From contig JBDROZ010000073.1 of NCBI GenBank assembly GCA_043809585.1, forward strand, positions 42,343-106,342: a stretch of 64,000 nucleotides of DNA, in the 5' to 3' direction. A program made the position numbers and the translations under genes. Under the pieces are notes generated by a model that did no database searches, was not told the origin of the DNA, and saw only the letters and a program-made list of their open reading frames with translations. Origin of the DNA: Candidatus Eiseniibacteriota bacterium. GTDB taxonomy: Bacteria; Orphanbacterota; Orphanbacteria; Orphanbacterales; Orphanbacteraceae. Positions 35,020 to 45,594 of this stretch are shown piece by piece; position 1 is the first letter of the stretch; every line of letters begins with the position of its first letter.

Positions 35020-36866
35020 ATGGCTTCTGGAGGAGCGATCCGGTTCTTTCTCTCCATGCTTCTCGTCGCTCTGCTCGCCGCGCCGCCCGCGCACGCCCTT
35101 CCCCGCGCGCGGGAGAAGTGGATCGAAGTCCGCACCGAAAATTTCTTTCTCTTCAGCGACGCCCGCGAGAAGGACGTTCGAGAGATCGGTCTCAATCTCG
35201 AGCGTCTCCGATTTTGTCTCCAGGTCATGTTCCGGACCATGCGGGTCAATTCGCCCCATCCCACTTACATCTACGTCTTCAAGGACAATGATTCGTTTCG
35301 GCGGTACATCGAATCCGTCGATCCCGATTACCCGACGCTCGGCGCTTTCCTGGAACGGTCGGACGGGAACTACGTCGTCGTCGACCGCCGGGCCGGCCTC
35401 GCATCCACTCGGGTCGTCTACCACGAGTACCTCCACTACTTCGTGCACAACAACGTGAACGTGCCGCTTCCGGTCTGGCTGGACGAGGGGCTCGCCGACT
35501 ACTACAGCTCCTTCCAGGTCGAGGGAAACGAACTGGACGCCGGCATGCCGCTCCCCTGGGCCATCTCCCTGCTCCGGGCGGAATCGCCGATGCCGCTCGA
35601 GAGCCTCTTCGAGGTTGACCGTTCCTCGCCCGTCTACCACGGCGGAAAGGAGCGGGGCGTCTTCTACGCCCAGTCGTGGGCCCTCACTCATCTGCTTCTC
35701 ACCCAGCCCGACCGGGAGAAGAAAGTCGCGCGGTTCCTTGAATTGTTGCACGAAGGGAAGCCCGCGACCGCCTCCATCTGCGAGGCATTTCAAGTCTCGC
35801 GGGGGGCCTCGAGAAGGCCCTGGAGGAGTATCTATGGAAGCCCGGTTACAAGTACATCACGCTCACCTTCGACGACATCCCGATCGAGGAGGAGGCGGCC
35901 GTCCGGAAGATGACGCCGGGCGAGGTCCTTTACCGCCTCGGAGACCTGCTCGCCCACATCGGCCCGGAGCGGCGGGAAGAGGCGGAGTCTCACTTCAGAA
36001 AAGCGATCGAGGAGAACGAAAACAACGCGGGCGCCCTCGCCGGAATGGGCAACCTCCTGATCCAGGGGGCGGAATTCGATCAAGCGGCGCCCTTCCTGGA
36101 GCGGTCCGTGGCGATGGACGACGAGAACTACATGACCCATTACTATCTCGCGTCGAATCAGTGGGGACTGTTTCGGCGGGCGGAGGAGGACGACTCCCCG
36201 ACGTCGCGCCGTCTGCTCGAGTCGGCCCGGGAGCACTACCTGCGATCGATGGTATTGAATCCTCACTTCGCCTCCTCCTTCCAGGGATACGGGATCACAT
36301 TCCTGTTCGAGGAGGAGGGGGGCGACTTCACTCTGGGAATCCAGGCGATGCTCCGCGCGCGCATGCTGAAGCCGACCGACTCGAACCTGGCCTACGAGCT
36401 CTTCCTGCTCTATCTGAAGGCCGGCGAGGTGGACGCGGCGAAGGACCTGGAAGAGACGTTCCTCCGTCGCGCCTTCGACGAGGCGCTCGCGGAGCGGGCC
36501 TGGGAAGCCCTCCTTCGGTACCGCCTGGACGAAGCGAGCGAGCTCTTCCAGAAGGGCGACCTCGAGGAGGGACTCACGGTCATCGAAGAGGTGATGGTGA
36601 GCACGGGCGACGAACCGTTCCGGGAGGAATTGAATCGGAGGGCGGTGGAGGTCCGCGCACTCATCCGGAACAACCGGGCCGTCGATCTGTACAACCGCGC
36701 GGTCGACGCGGCGAAGGAACGCGACTACGCGCTCGCGGAGAAGTTCCTCTCCGAGGCTCTCGAGTTCGTCGTCGACCCGGATCTTCGCCTCCAGGCGGAG
36801 GACTTCCGGGGCAACATGAGGGAACTGCAGGGGCTCCCGAGGGAGTCGCCGGCGATCTCCCGGTGA
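35020..36866 (+). pseudogene. Secreted HExxH (DUF1570-like) + TPR protein split by a frameshift in a G6 run (possibly a sequencing error)
   Basis: W.EVRT.NF, HEYLH..WLDEGLADY, FYAQSW; one extra G at 35801-35806 joins ORF 34987-35913 to the TPR ORF 35910-36866. Confidence 0.8.
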
Positions 36867-36926
36867 ATCGCACCACGAACCGGCGGCGCCCCCTCCTCCC
36901 GCCTGGACAGGGCATCCCCCCCGGTG

Positions 36927-37121
36927 CTAGCCTTAATCGGGCAGAAAATCGCAAGTGAAAACGCGCGAGAGTGCGTCAGATGCTGCAGCGCGGAGCATTC
37001 ACCAAGCGGAGCATATCCAACGATATGTGAGCATTGGTGAATGCGAGCACTGTCGCAGATGGCGTGCTACCGCGCGAGCGGCAGCGATTTGCACCGGGAT
37101 TTTTTGCCGGATTAAGGCTAG
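36927..37121 (+). ncRNA. Rod-shaped palindromic element (structured ncRNA and/or MITE)
   Basis: Nested inverted repeats around a CAAC loop at 37018-37021; several G.U pairs that work on the + strand; CTAG at both ends; lower GC than flanks. Confidence 0.6.
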
Positions 37122-37165
37122 GTTGATGGCGTCGCCCCGAGCGCCATCCACCGGAGGAGATCGCC

Positions 37166-39070
37166 ATGGCCCCGCCCGGATTCGCCCGGTTCACCGTCTT
37201 GTCGTTCGTTGTCTCGCTTCTCTCCCTCCCCCCGTCCGCCCACGCCGTCGATCCGGCGGGCGGTTTCGGCGGGGGCCCGATCGCCGGTGCCATCACGGTC
37301 ACGGTGATCGACGAGTTCACCGGCCTCCCCCTGGAGGACGCCTACGTCCAGATCGGCCCCGCCCCCTCCCTCCCCTTCCCCGGCAACACGGGGCGCACCG
37401 ATTCGACCGGGTCGATCACATTCCTCTCGTCCGGCCTGGCGGGGCCGGTCACGGTCACCGCCGGGAAGGAGATGCACTCGTTCACTACGGTCGTCGACAT
37501 CGACGCATCGATCCTCGTCCTGCCGGTCCGGCCCCGCGGCGGCGCCTACGAGCGCCCCACCTACACGGGCGACATCACCTCCGGATTCGACATCAGCTGG
37601 AACGACGGCCTCTGGGACTTGGCGGTCGTGTGGCACACGTTCCCGATCCGGGAGCTGCTCCCCATGATCGACGACCTGACGTCGGGCCGACTCTCGCGAC
37701 TCTCGCCGTCGGTGATCGAGAACTTCCCCCTCGTCGGCGAGGCGGACATTCCGGGTTCGATCTACGTCCCCTTCCAGATCGAGCTCCTCCTCTACCCCCT
37801 CGAGAGGACGCCCTACGTGATCTACGTGGAGGACCAGCAGACGACCGACCTCTGGGCGATCTACGGGCGGATCGGGGTCTTCACGGTCCTCGGCGAGCTG
37901 GTGAAGCCGACGCCCGATCTCTTCAAGCTGATCCTCGAATTCGACATCCGGGGGTACGGACTCGAAGAGGGGGTGATGGTGAACGGCCCCGGGACCCGGG
38001 ACTTCGACCTCACCGTCGAACGGGGGGGGAACATCTGGATCCCGACGGCGGGGGACGTTCCGGACGTGAACGTCCTCGTCGCGGGGGTCGCCGACCTGGA
38101 CGGGCTCGCGGGGGACGGGCGCCTCTTCCCGAGCGGTTTCGCGGCGGCGCCCGGAGACAGCGCGGCCCTTCTCGGCATTCCGACCCTCGGCGCGGGCGTT
38201 CCGGGCGATCCGAACTACATCTTCGGCGTGGTCATGACCGATACCACCCAGGTTCTCGGCACGAGCGCCGTCCTCGTCCGCTCCGGTCTGGCCCCGGGGG
38301 ACACGGCGGCGGCGCCCTCGTTCCTCGAGCTCACGACCGTGACGGCCACCGAGTCGCTCATCTCCTGGACCTCCCTGGCGAACACGGACGCCGGACTCTT
38401 CCCCGACGCCCACGAGATACGGATCAACTACGTGGTCTCGGAGCCGGACACTTCTCCCCAGGCGGAACCGGGCGACTCGATCGACGTGGGCGAGCTGGTC
38501 TGGATGTTCCACGTGGACGGCGCGGCGACGGGCATCTCCATTCCGCTCCTCGGAGCGGGGGCGCCGGGAGTCTTCGCCGATCCGGACACGACGCCCGAAC
38601 CGGACCGATACGACGCCGGATTGACGGGCTTTCTGGTGGGGGGGGCGCCCGGCGGATTCGATTACGACCAGTGGGACCTCGCCGACCGGAGCCGCTACGG
38701 GACGCACTTCGCCGGGAACACGGCCGACTCGATTCCCGTCCCCCTCTCCCCGTTCACGTCCGTGGAGAATCCCGGCGGGGAAACCGCGGGGCGGACCCCC
38801 GTTTTGGGCCTCCCCTCGCCGAACCCGTTCCGGGACGGGACCACGATCCGCCTCGGCCTCTCGGGACCGTGGATCGAGCCCCGGCTCGCCGTCTACGACG
38901 TCTCGGGGAGACGGGTCCGCGAACTCTCCGCCGTCGCGCGCCCGGGGACGTTCGCCGTCACGTGGGACGGCCGGGACGACACGGGCCGCGCGGTCCCTTC
39001 CGGCATCTACCTGATTCGCATGGAAGGGGAAGGAATGACCGCCACCCGGAAGGTCGTCAAGACGAAGTAG
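37166..39070 (+). CDS. Secreted protein with carboxypeptidase-regulatory-like N-domain and FlgD-Ig C-terminus
   Basis: SD GGAGGAG, signal peptide (AHA), V.DEFTGLPLEDA.V..TDSTG, PNPF..WDGRD..SGIY. Confidence 0.85.
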   Translation: MAPPGFARFTVLSFVVSLLSLPPSAHAVDPAGGFGGGPIAGAITVTVIDEFTGLPLEDAYVQIGPAPSLPFPGNTGRTDSTGSITFLSSGLAGPVTVTAGKEMHSFTTVVDIDASILVLPVRPRGGAYERPTYTGDITSGFDISWNDGLWDLAVVWHTFPIRELLPMIDDLTSGRLSRLSPSVIENFPLVGEADIPGSIYVPFQIELLLYPLERTPYVIYVEDQQTTDLWAIYGRIGVFTVLGELVKPTPDLFKLILEFDIRGYGLEEGVMVNGPGTRDFDLTVERGGNIWIPTAGDVPDVNVLVAGVADLDGLAGDGRLFPSGFAAAPGDSAALLGIPTLGAGVPGDPNYIFGVVMTDTTQVLGTSAVLVRSGLAPGDTAAAPSFLELTTVTATESLISWTSLANTDAGLFPDAHEIRINYVVSEPDTSPQAEPGDSIDVGELVWMFHVDGAATGISIPLLGAGAPGVFADPDTTPEPDRYDAGLTGFLVGGAPGGFDYDQWDLADRSRYGTHFAGNTADSIPVPLSPFTSVENPGGETAGRTPVLGLPSPNPFRDGTTIRLGLSGPWIEPRLAVYDVSGRRVRELSAVARPGTFAVTWDGRDDTGRAVPSGIYLIRMEGEGMTATRKVVKTK

Positions 39071-39422
39071 GGGGATCGATCCGGATCCGGTCGCCGGGCT
39101 CCGTCCCCGAGCGTCCGATCATCCCGACCGGGCCTTCGATCACCGTGTCGGCGCGCCCCCCGCCGAAGCGCATCCGCCACGGTTTCACGTTCGGGAAGAC
39201 GCGAACGGCCACGCCCTCCACGTCGATGAAGACCACGTCGATCGGCATGCGCATCCAGTGGGTGTGGATCGACTCGCACGGGCGGATGACGAGCCCCTCC
39301 TCCGCGCCGAGGATCTTCCGCCCCATGAGGCCGGCGAGGCGCTCCTTCCAGTGGACCGCCATCCGGCCCTCCGCGAGAAGCACGGTCCCGCGGTTCCCGT
39401 TGGTCACGACGACCGGTTTCAC
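39057..39422 (-). CDS. DUF192-family protein
   Basis: RLAGLMGR, PC.SIHT.WM..PIDVVF.D, KPWR, VIE.P.G. Confidence 0.85.
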   Translation of the reverse strand: MKPVVVTNGNRGTVLLAEGRMAVHWKERLAGLMGRKILGAEEGLVIRPCESIHTHWMRMPIDVVFIDVEGVAVRVFPNVKPWRMRFGGGRADTVIEGPVGMIGRSGTEPGDRIRIDPPTSS

Positions 39423-40078
39423 GCCCCCTCCCCCCCCTCCGGGCCCTTTCGAGCCCCGCCGGTCCCCGGGCTCTTCTCCCGGAGTTCCGCCGGGGTGACG
39501 ATCCCCCCGGACAGAATCAGCTTCAGCGCCGCCTCCACGGGGAGGTCGAGATAGATCAGCTCGGCGACGGGCACGACGATCAGGTGACCCGTCGTCGGAA
39601 TCGGCGGCGTCGGCACGAGCACGTTCGCGAGGCGCTCCGCCTCCCCGGCCGGTCCCCTGCGCACCGTGTAGCTCGTGACGAAGGCGTACGAGTAGATCCC
39701 CTTCCGCGGATACTCGACCAGGACCACCTCCCGGAAAGGCTGCCTCTCCGGCGCGGCGAGGGCGTGGATGATCTCCCGGGCCGGTTGGTACACGGTGCGC
39801 ACGAGGGGGAGGGCGGCGAGCATCTTCTCGCCGAACTCGAAGAGCCGGCGTCCGGCCAGGCTCGCCGCGAGCACCCCGACGGCGAGTACGATCACCAGCG
39901 TCGCCAGGAGACCGAATCCGGGCACGTTTCGCCCGACGAGCCCCGCCACCGCGGGTCCGAGGACGCCGTCCACGGTCTGAAAGAGGAAACGGAGCGCCAA
40001 ATAGGTGATGATGAGGGGCACCGTCACCAACACCCCCGCCAGGAAGCGGCTTCGGAGCGAACCGCTCCAGCGTCCCAT
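39419..40078 (-). CDS. DUF502-family membrane protein
   Basis: FLAGVLVTVPLIIT, LPLVRTVY, VVLVEYPRKG, VPTPP.PTTG, ILSGG. Confidence 0.9.
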   Translation of the reverse strand: MGRWSGSLRSRFLAGVLVTVPLIITYLALRFLFQTVDGVLGPAVAGLVGRNVPGFGLLATLVIVLAVGVLAASLAGRRLFEFGEKMLAALPLVRTVYQPAREIIHALAAPERQPFREVVLVEYPRKGIYSYAFVTSYTVRRGPAGEAERLANVLVPTPPIPTTGHLIVVPVAELIYLDLPVEAALKLILSGGIVTPAELREKSPGTGGARKGPEGGEGA

Positions 40079-40114
40079 CTCACTCCCCCCTTTCCCCTCG
40101 GCGAACGCCCTCCG

Positions 40115-41065
40115 CTACGGCGGGGGCATCCCATAGAGAACCCAACCGTACGCCGCGAAGCCCGCGAGGAACAGGCCCCCTTCCCAACGGGCGATGGTCC
40201 TTCCCGTGAAGAAGACGGGGAGGCACGCGAGGGCGGCGACGAGCATCACGGGGCCGTCCACGAGGAGCATGGACCTTTCCACCGCGATTCCGGCGGGGGG
40301 GAGCGCCGCGGCGAGACCGAGCACGCCCAGCAGATTAAACACGTTGCTCCCCACCACGTTGCCGACCGCGATGTCCCGTTCCCCCCGGACCGCGGCGACC
40401 AGGGACGTCGCGAGCTCCGGAAGCGAAGTCCCCGCGGCGACGATGGTGAGCCCCACGACGCGGTCGGAGACGCCGAGGGAGTAGGCGGCCGCCGTCGCCC
40501 CGTCCACGAGCCAGCGCGAACCGAGGACGAGCAGGGCGAGCCCGGCCACGACCCCCGTCCCCGCCACCAGGAGCCGGCCGGGTCCGCCCGGCCTCCCCGT
40601 CCCCTTCGCCGGTTCGCTCCGACCCTTCCCTATCAGGAGCGTCGTGTAGAGGATGAAAAGGGCGATGAGAAGGAGCCCCTCCCCGCGCCCGACCGATCCG
40701 CCGGCGCCGATCAAGAAGAAGAGGCAACTCACGCCGATCATCACCGGCACGTCGAAGCGCACGAGCCGTTCGCGAACGGCGAGGGGGCGGATCAGCGCCG
40801 ACAACCCGAGAACGACGAGAACGTTGAAGATGTTGCTCCCGAGAACGTTTCCGAGAGCGATCCCGCCGAGACCTTCGTACCCGGCCCGGACGCTCACGAC
40901 GAGTTCGGGCGCACTCGTTCCGAAGGCGACGACCGTGAGTCCGATCACCAGCGGCGGGACCCGGGCCGCCGCCGCGATCCGGACCGAGCCTCGAACGAGC
41001 GCCTCCGCGCCCACCACCAACATCGCGAGGCCCGGCAGCACCAGCATCGGCGACGAACCGTTCAT
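40115..41065 (-). CDS. Calcium/sodium antiporter (CaCA, YrbG-like)
   Basis: Two alpha repeats: GTSAPEL..GNVLGSNIFN and GTSLPEL..GNVVGSNVFN. Confidence 0.93.
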   Translation of the reverse strand: MNGSSPMLVLPGLAMLVVGAEALVRGSVRIAAAARVPPLVIGLTVVAFGTSAPELVVSVRAGYEGLGGIALGNVLGSNIFNVLVVLGLSALIRPLAVRERLVRFDVPVMIGVSCLFFLIGAGGSVGRGEGLLLIALFILYTTLLIGKGRSEPAKGTGRPGGPGRLLVAGTGVVAGLALLVLGSRWLVDGATAAAYSLGVSDRVVGLTIVAAGTSLPELATSLVAAVRGERDIAVGNVVGSNVFNLLGVLGLAAALPPAGIAVERSMLLVDGPVMLVAALACLPVFFTGRTIARWEGGLFLAGFAAYGWVLYGMPPP

Positions 41066-41250
41066 CCGCGATCCCCTTCCCCTCGGAGGTGATCCCCTTC
41101 CATCGAATCCCCAGCGCTCCCCCCGAGCCCGAACCGTCCCGGGGCACGGTGTCCCCCGTGAAGGGAGGGCCCGTCTCGGCATTCCCCTCGAATGCCCTCC
41201 CGGAGGAGATCATGTCTCACGCCCCCCCCTTACCCATCGCCCGGCGCTTC

Positions 41251-42210
41251 TCAATCCGCCCAGCGGGTATGTTCCCCCCGGGTGTCCACGTGCACGAACG
41301 GCCCGTGGTTGTACGTCCTCTTGTATGTTCCGAGGCCCCCGACGAAGGGAGACCACCACGGTCGCCGATAGAGGCGGTCGATGATCTCGTAGAGGACCGC
41401 CGCATCGTCGACGTCGGTCCGGCCGTCCCCGTTCAGGTCGTCCATCATGCCGTCCTTCGGGTCCTCGTCGATGTAGATGTCCGCCGCGCCCCCCCAGACG
41501 TGGCGGCTGTACTTCACGTTCCCGATCGCCTTGTTGTACCACGGCGTCCGGTAGCCCGAGAGGATCCCGAACGTATCGCACCGGAACCCGGCGGCGTTGG
41601 TCGCCTCGAGGATCCGCTCCAGCTTCCGGAGGAACCGGGGCCGGAGGACGAGGTACTTCGGGTAGCCCCCCTGCTGCTTGCAGAGGAAGCGCCCCAGCGT
41701 GAAGTGGGGGGAGACGTGGGTCGTCTCGTTCTCGGCGGTCGCTTCCATGAGACCGGGCGGCGGCCGGTACATCGCCTTGTCCCACGGCTTCGCCCAGAAA
41801 TAGTCCCCGATCCTGTATCCGTTCAGGGAATCGTCCGCGATCTTCTTCGTCGGCACGGTTACGAAGAGATGGAGGGTCATGATCTCCTCCGAATCGGCCG
41901 GATGGATCCGGAGGTCGTACCGCCCCGTCCGGGCGGGGGCCGTCCACTCCCACGATCTCCCCCCCGTTTTCCGGAGCGGTCCCTCTTCCGCGCGGACGAC
42001 GTATTCCCGGACGCCGGCACTGTCGACGACCTCGAAGCCGAAGTTCTCTTCCGGAAGGACCGGCACCGCGAGGACCCGGTAGGGGGACATCTCGTTCTTG
42101 AACTTCACATGGAAAGAGAGGCGGCCCGAGTCGAAGGGGGGCCTCTCGGCGCGGGCGAACGCGCACGGGACGAGAAGGAGCGCGAGAACGGGCGCGGGTC
42201 GAATTCTCAC
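41251..42210 (-). CDS. Secreted peptidase M15A-type (YcbK/MepK-like) metalloprotein
   Basis: Signal peptide; SPHFTL.RF.CK, SGYRTP.YN, SRH..G.AADI, FVHVDTRG; GTG overlaps the upstream stop. Confidence 0.88.
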   Translation of the reverse strand: MRIRPAPVLALLLVPCAFARAERPPFDSGRLSFHVKFKNEMSPYRVLAVPVLPEENFGFEVVDSAGVREYVVRAEEGPLRKTGGRSWEWTAPARTGRYDLRIHPADSEEIMTLHLFVTVPTKKIADDSLNGYRIGDYFWAKPWDKAMYRPPPGLMEATAENETTHVSPHFTLGRFLCKQQGGYPKYLVLRPRFLRKLERILEATNAAGFRCDTFGILSGYRTPWYNKAIGNVKYSRHVWGGAADIYIDEDPKDGMMDDLNGDGRTDVDDAAVLYEIIDRLYRRPWWSPFVGGLGTYKRTYNHGPFVHVDTRGEHTRWAD

Positions 42211-43937
42211 CGGCTCTCCCTCCCCCCTCCCGCCGGAACGTCCTCCGGTTCGGGCGGGTCCTCCCGGAGCGCCTCGTCGAGCAACCGGTCCCGTCCGTAA
42301 ATGTCCCGCCGGAAGTGCTCGGCCCCCTCTTCGTCGACCCACGCCGTCCAGTAGAGAAGATGGACGGGGATCGGGACGGGCAGCTTCACCGTCCGCTCCT
42401 CTCCCGTCCCGATCGCCGTCTCGAGGGCGGTCTCGTTTCCGAGGGGGTACCCCCGCAGCACGTACCGGGCGAGGTCGAGGGGACGCTCGACGCGGATGCA
42501 GCCCGAACTGAACGCCCGCTCCGGCTTCCGGAAGAGTTCCTTGGCCGGCGTGTCGTGGAGGTAGACGGAAAACCGGTTCGGGAACATGAACTTCACGCGG
42601 CCGAGGGCGTTCGCGGGGCCGGGAAGCTGGCGGAGCCGGTAGGGGAAGGAGCCGCGGGAGAGCGCCCCCCAATCGATGTCGTCCGGATCGAGCGGCCCGT
42701 CGGTCCCCCCCCACCCGGCGAACACCTGGAAGCGGAGGCGCTCGACGTACGACGGGTCTTTCCGGATCTCGGGGAGGACGTCCATGACCGCCAATTGATG
42801 GGGCACCTCCCAAGTCGGGTTCAGGACCAGATAGGTCATCGTCCCCGTGAAGACCGGCGTCCGGCGGTAGTCCCGCCCGACGATGACCGCCATATCCAGG
42901 ACGGGACGGCCGTTCTCCACTGCCTGGAGGCGGAAGTCGGCGATGTTCACCCGGAGATGGCGGGGGCCGAGGTCTTGGGGGAGCCACCGCCATCGTTCCA
43001 GATTGAGAAGAATCTGCCGGGCCCGTTTCGAGGGGGGCGTGTTCAGTGCCTCGATCGTCTTCGGGCCGACCACGCCGTCCGCATCGAGCCCGTGTCTCGC
43101 CTGGAACCGGCGGACCGCCGCCGCCAAACCCCGGTCGTACAGGTCGGGGACGGGGACCGCCGTCGTGTCGAGGTCCCCCACCTTGTAAAGGAGGAAGCGC
43201 ATCCCGAGGACCCTCGGGCCCTGGTCCCCCGGGTGGATCATCTCCCCCGCCGCCACCGTGTCCCAGTCGACGGAGGCCGCGATCTTCCGGTACTTCGCGA
43301 AGGCCTCCCGAAGTCGGCCGTAGCCCGGCGCGTCGGGCAACAGATCGTCGAGCGCCTCCGCGACCCGTCCCGCGGCGAGGGCCCCTTCGAGGGCGGCGGC
43401 CAGATCGACCTCCCTCCGCTTGGCGACCCACTCGGCGTCGATCGTCTCCGGGTTTACCCTCCCCGAAACCCGGTGCGCCCCGTAGAGGAGCCACGCGTCG
43501 GTGAGAAGGATGTCCAGATCGACGAGATCCTCGTTCCCGAGGGGGCCGGCCTCCTCGCTCCGGCGGAGGAGATCCCGGAGCGCCTCGAGGTGGTAGTCGC
43601 CGGGCCGGAGCCCCTCTTCGCCGGCCCTTTCGATCGAACGGATCAGTTCCTCCGCCGCCGTTCCGCCGCCCCCGGAGGCGACCCAAGCGGGACCCATGCC
43701 CCGGGCCCGGTAGAACGGGACGGCGGTCTCCGCGGCGTGGACCCGTTCACCGGCGGCGACCGGCTCGGCCGTGGCGGCCATCGCCTCCACGCGGAAGCAA
43801 AGCCGGTCCCGGAGGGCGTCTTCCGGGGAGCGCGCGGAAATCTCCGCCGATGCCCCCCCCGGGAGGAGAAAGACGGCGAGAGCGGACAAGGGGGCGCTCC
43901 GAAGGAGGCGAAGCGGAAAACGGGTACGATCGATCAC
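42207..43937 (-). CDS. L,D-transpeptidase (YcbB/LdtD-like) with peptidoglycan-binding domain
   Basis: FQARHGL.ADG.VG, NLERWRW, NPTWEVP, NALGRVKFMFPN, YLHDTP..SSGCIRV. Confidence 0.93.
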   Translation of the reverse strand: MIDRTRFPLRLLRSAPLSALAVFLLPGGASAEISARSPEDALRDRLCFRVEAMAATAEPVAAGERVHAAETAVPFYRARGMGPAWVASGGGGTAAEELIRSIERAGEEGLRPGDYHLEALRDLLRRSEEAGPLGNEDLVDLDILLTDAWLLYGAHRVSGRVNPETIDAEWVAKRREVDLAAALEGALAAGRVAEALDDLLPDAPGYGRLREAFAKYRKIAASVDWDTVAAGEMIHPGDQGPRVLGMRFLLYKVGDLDTTAVPVPDLYDRGLAAAVRRFQARHGLDADGVVGPKTIEALNTPPSKRARQILLNLERWRWLPQDLGPRHLRVNIADFRLQAVENGRPVLDMAVIVGRDYRRTPVFTGTMTYLVLNPTWEVPHQLAVMDVLPEIRKDPSYVERLRFQVFAGWGGTDGPLDPDDIDWGALSRGSFPYRLRQLPGPANALGRVKFMFPNRFSVYLHDTPAKELFRKPERAFSSGCIRVERPLDLARYVLRGYPLGNETALETAIGTGEERTVKLPVPIPVHLLYWTAWVDEEGAEHFRRDIYGRDRLLDEALREDPPEPEDVPAGGGRESR

Positions 43938-44119
43938 GATGCCGGCACCTCTCCGAAAAGGGAGAACGGGGACCATGGTAGCACAGGGGGGCCTGAAGTC
44001 ACGTCTCTCCCGCCTTGTCCCCCCGCCGATCGCCTGGTATAGTCGGCGCTGCCCACCGTCCCGCCCGGCGCGGCGTTCCGTGCCGAATACACCCGTTGCC
44101 CCGACCGGAGGATGCGAAA

Positions 44120-45499
44120 TTGAACGACCGGCACCGCGAGAGCAAAGGCAAACGTTCCTTGTCACGGCGGAGGTTCTTCCAAATCGGAGGTGCGGTCGCC
44201 TTGGGGAGCGCCCTCCCCGCCGGGGCCGGTCTCGCGCGGGCGGATGAGGGGGGGGGCGCGGCGAAGGAGACGCCGAAGACGAAGCGGTTCCGGACCCTCG
44301 GCCGCACCGGCTTCGAGGTGGGCGACATCTCCATCGGATGCGGCGGCGTGAAGGAGGCGAACGTCATCCGGTACGCCTACGACCACGGCGTCAACTATTT
44401 CGACACCGCCGAAGGCTACGGAAACGGCGGGTCCGAGACGGCCATCGGGGAGGCAATGCCCCACCTGGACCGGAAGAAGATCTTTATCACCACCAAGCTC
44501 CCGCTGAACGAGGACGAGACGGAACAGACGATCCGGGAACGGTTCGCAAAATGCCTCGAGCGGCTGAAGACCCCCTACGTGGACGCCCTTTTCATTCACG
44601 GCGTCTCCCGGCTGGACGAGGTGACGAGCGAAGCGTTCCACGGTGCGGCGGCGAAGCTGAAGGCGGACGGCAAGGTCCGGCACCTCGGCATCTCCTCTCA
44701 CGGCCCCCGGGGGGATGAAGGGGATTCGATGGAGAAGGTCCTCGTGGCGGCGGCCGAGGACGGGCGTTTCGACCTGATGCTCCTCTCTTACAACTGGCTG
44801 AACAAGGACGAGGCGGAGCGGGTGCTCGCGGCGTGCAAGGCGAAGAACATCGGCACCACGGCGATGAAGACCATGCCCGGCTACATCGAACTGAAGCCGT
44901 ACGACCCGGACAATCCGAACGAAGAGTACGAGGAGTTCATCGAAAGCCAGGTGGAGCAGGGGAACACCCGGGAATCGGCGATCGAGCGGATCGACCGGTG
45001 GGTCGAACGGGAGTCGGCGAAGATCGCGGACTTCCGGCCGTACCTCGACAGGTACGGGATCAAGACCGACGACGAGCTCCGGGCGAAGAGCGTGCAGTGG
45101 GTTCTCGGAAACACCGACATGCACACCGTCTGCGTCAGCATGAACGACTTCGACACGATCGACGAGGTTGTCCCTCTCTCGGGCACCGAACTCACCCGGG
45201 CCGATTCCGAGTTCCTCCGGGGTTGGGAGTACGCCTACGGCGGGCTTTACTGCCGGCACGGGTGCACCGCCTGCCTGTCGAACTGCCCGGCCCGCGTGCC
45301 GGTCAGCACGATCATGCGCTACTCGTACTATTTCGCCCGCCAGGGCCGGGAGAAGCACGGGATGCTGAAGTACGCCCGCCTCGGCGCTCGGAACGCGGCC
45401 CCCTGCCTCGGCTGCGCGGCCCCCTGCGGGGGGGCGTGCCCCCACGGCGTCGACATCCAGTCGAACCTGGTCCGGGCCCACGGCCTATTGACGGTGTAG
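44120..45499 (+). CDS. Tat-signal aldo/keto reductase with C-terminal 4Fe-4S domain
   Basis: LSRRRFFQ, RTLGRTG, GVNYFDTAEGY, ITTK, CxxCxxC..CP and CxxC..C...CP; TTG start after GGAGG. Confidence 0.9.
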   Translation: MNDRHRESKGKRSLSRRRFFQIGGAVALGSALPAGAGLARADEGGGAAKETPKTKRFRTLGRTGFEVGDISIGCGGVKEANVIRYAYDHGVNYFDTAEGYGNGGSETAIGEAMPHLDRKKIFITTKLPLNEDETEQTIRERFAKCLERLKTPYVDALFIHGVSRLDEVTSEAFHGAAAKLKADGKVRHLGISSHGPRGDEGDSMEKVLVAAAEDGRFDLMLLSYNWLNKDEAERVLAACKAKNIGTTAMKTMPGYIELKPYDPDNPNEEYEEFIESQVEQGNTRESAIERIDRWVERESAKIADFRPYLDRYGIKTDDELRAKSVQWVLGNTDMHTVCVSMNDFDTIDEVVPLSGTELTRADSEFLRGWEYAYGGLYCRHGCTACLSNCPARVPVSTIMRYSYYFARQGREKHGMLKYARLGARNAAPCLGCAAPCGGACPHGVDIQSNLVRAHGLLTV

Positions 45500-45594
45500 G
45501 AGGGACCGAGCCGAACGTAGCCCAGGAATCCGTCCCCCTCCGGACGGATATCGCGCACGAGCAAAGATGTTCCCAGGTGCAGAAGAGGAGCCCG

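Noticed and set aside
36927-37121. Integron attC site
   Set aside because: Ends do not match RYYYAAC/GTTRRRY, and there is no integrase or cassette array
41251-43937. L,D-transpeptidase + M15 peptidase pair
   Set aside because: Matches the known ycbB-ycbK-type arrangement
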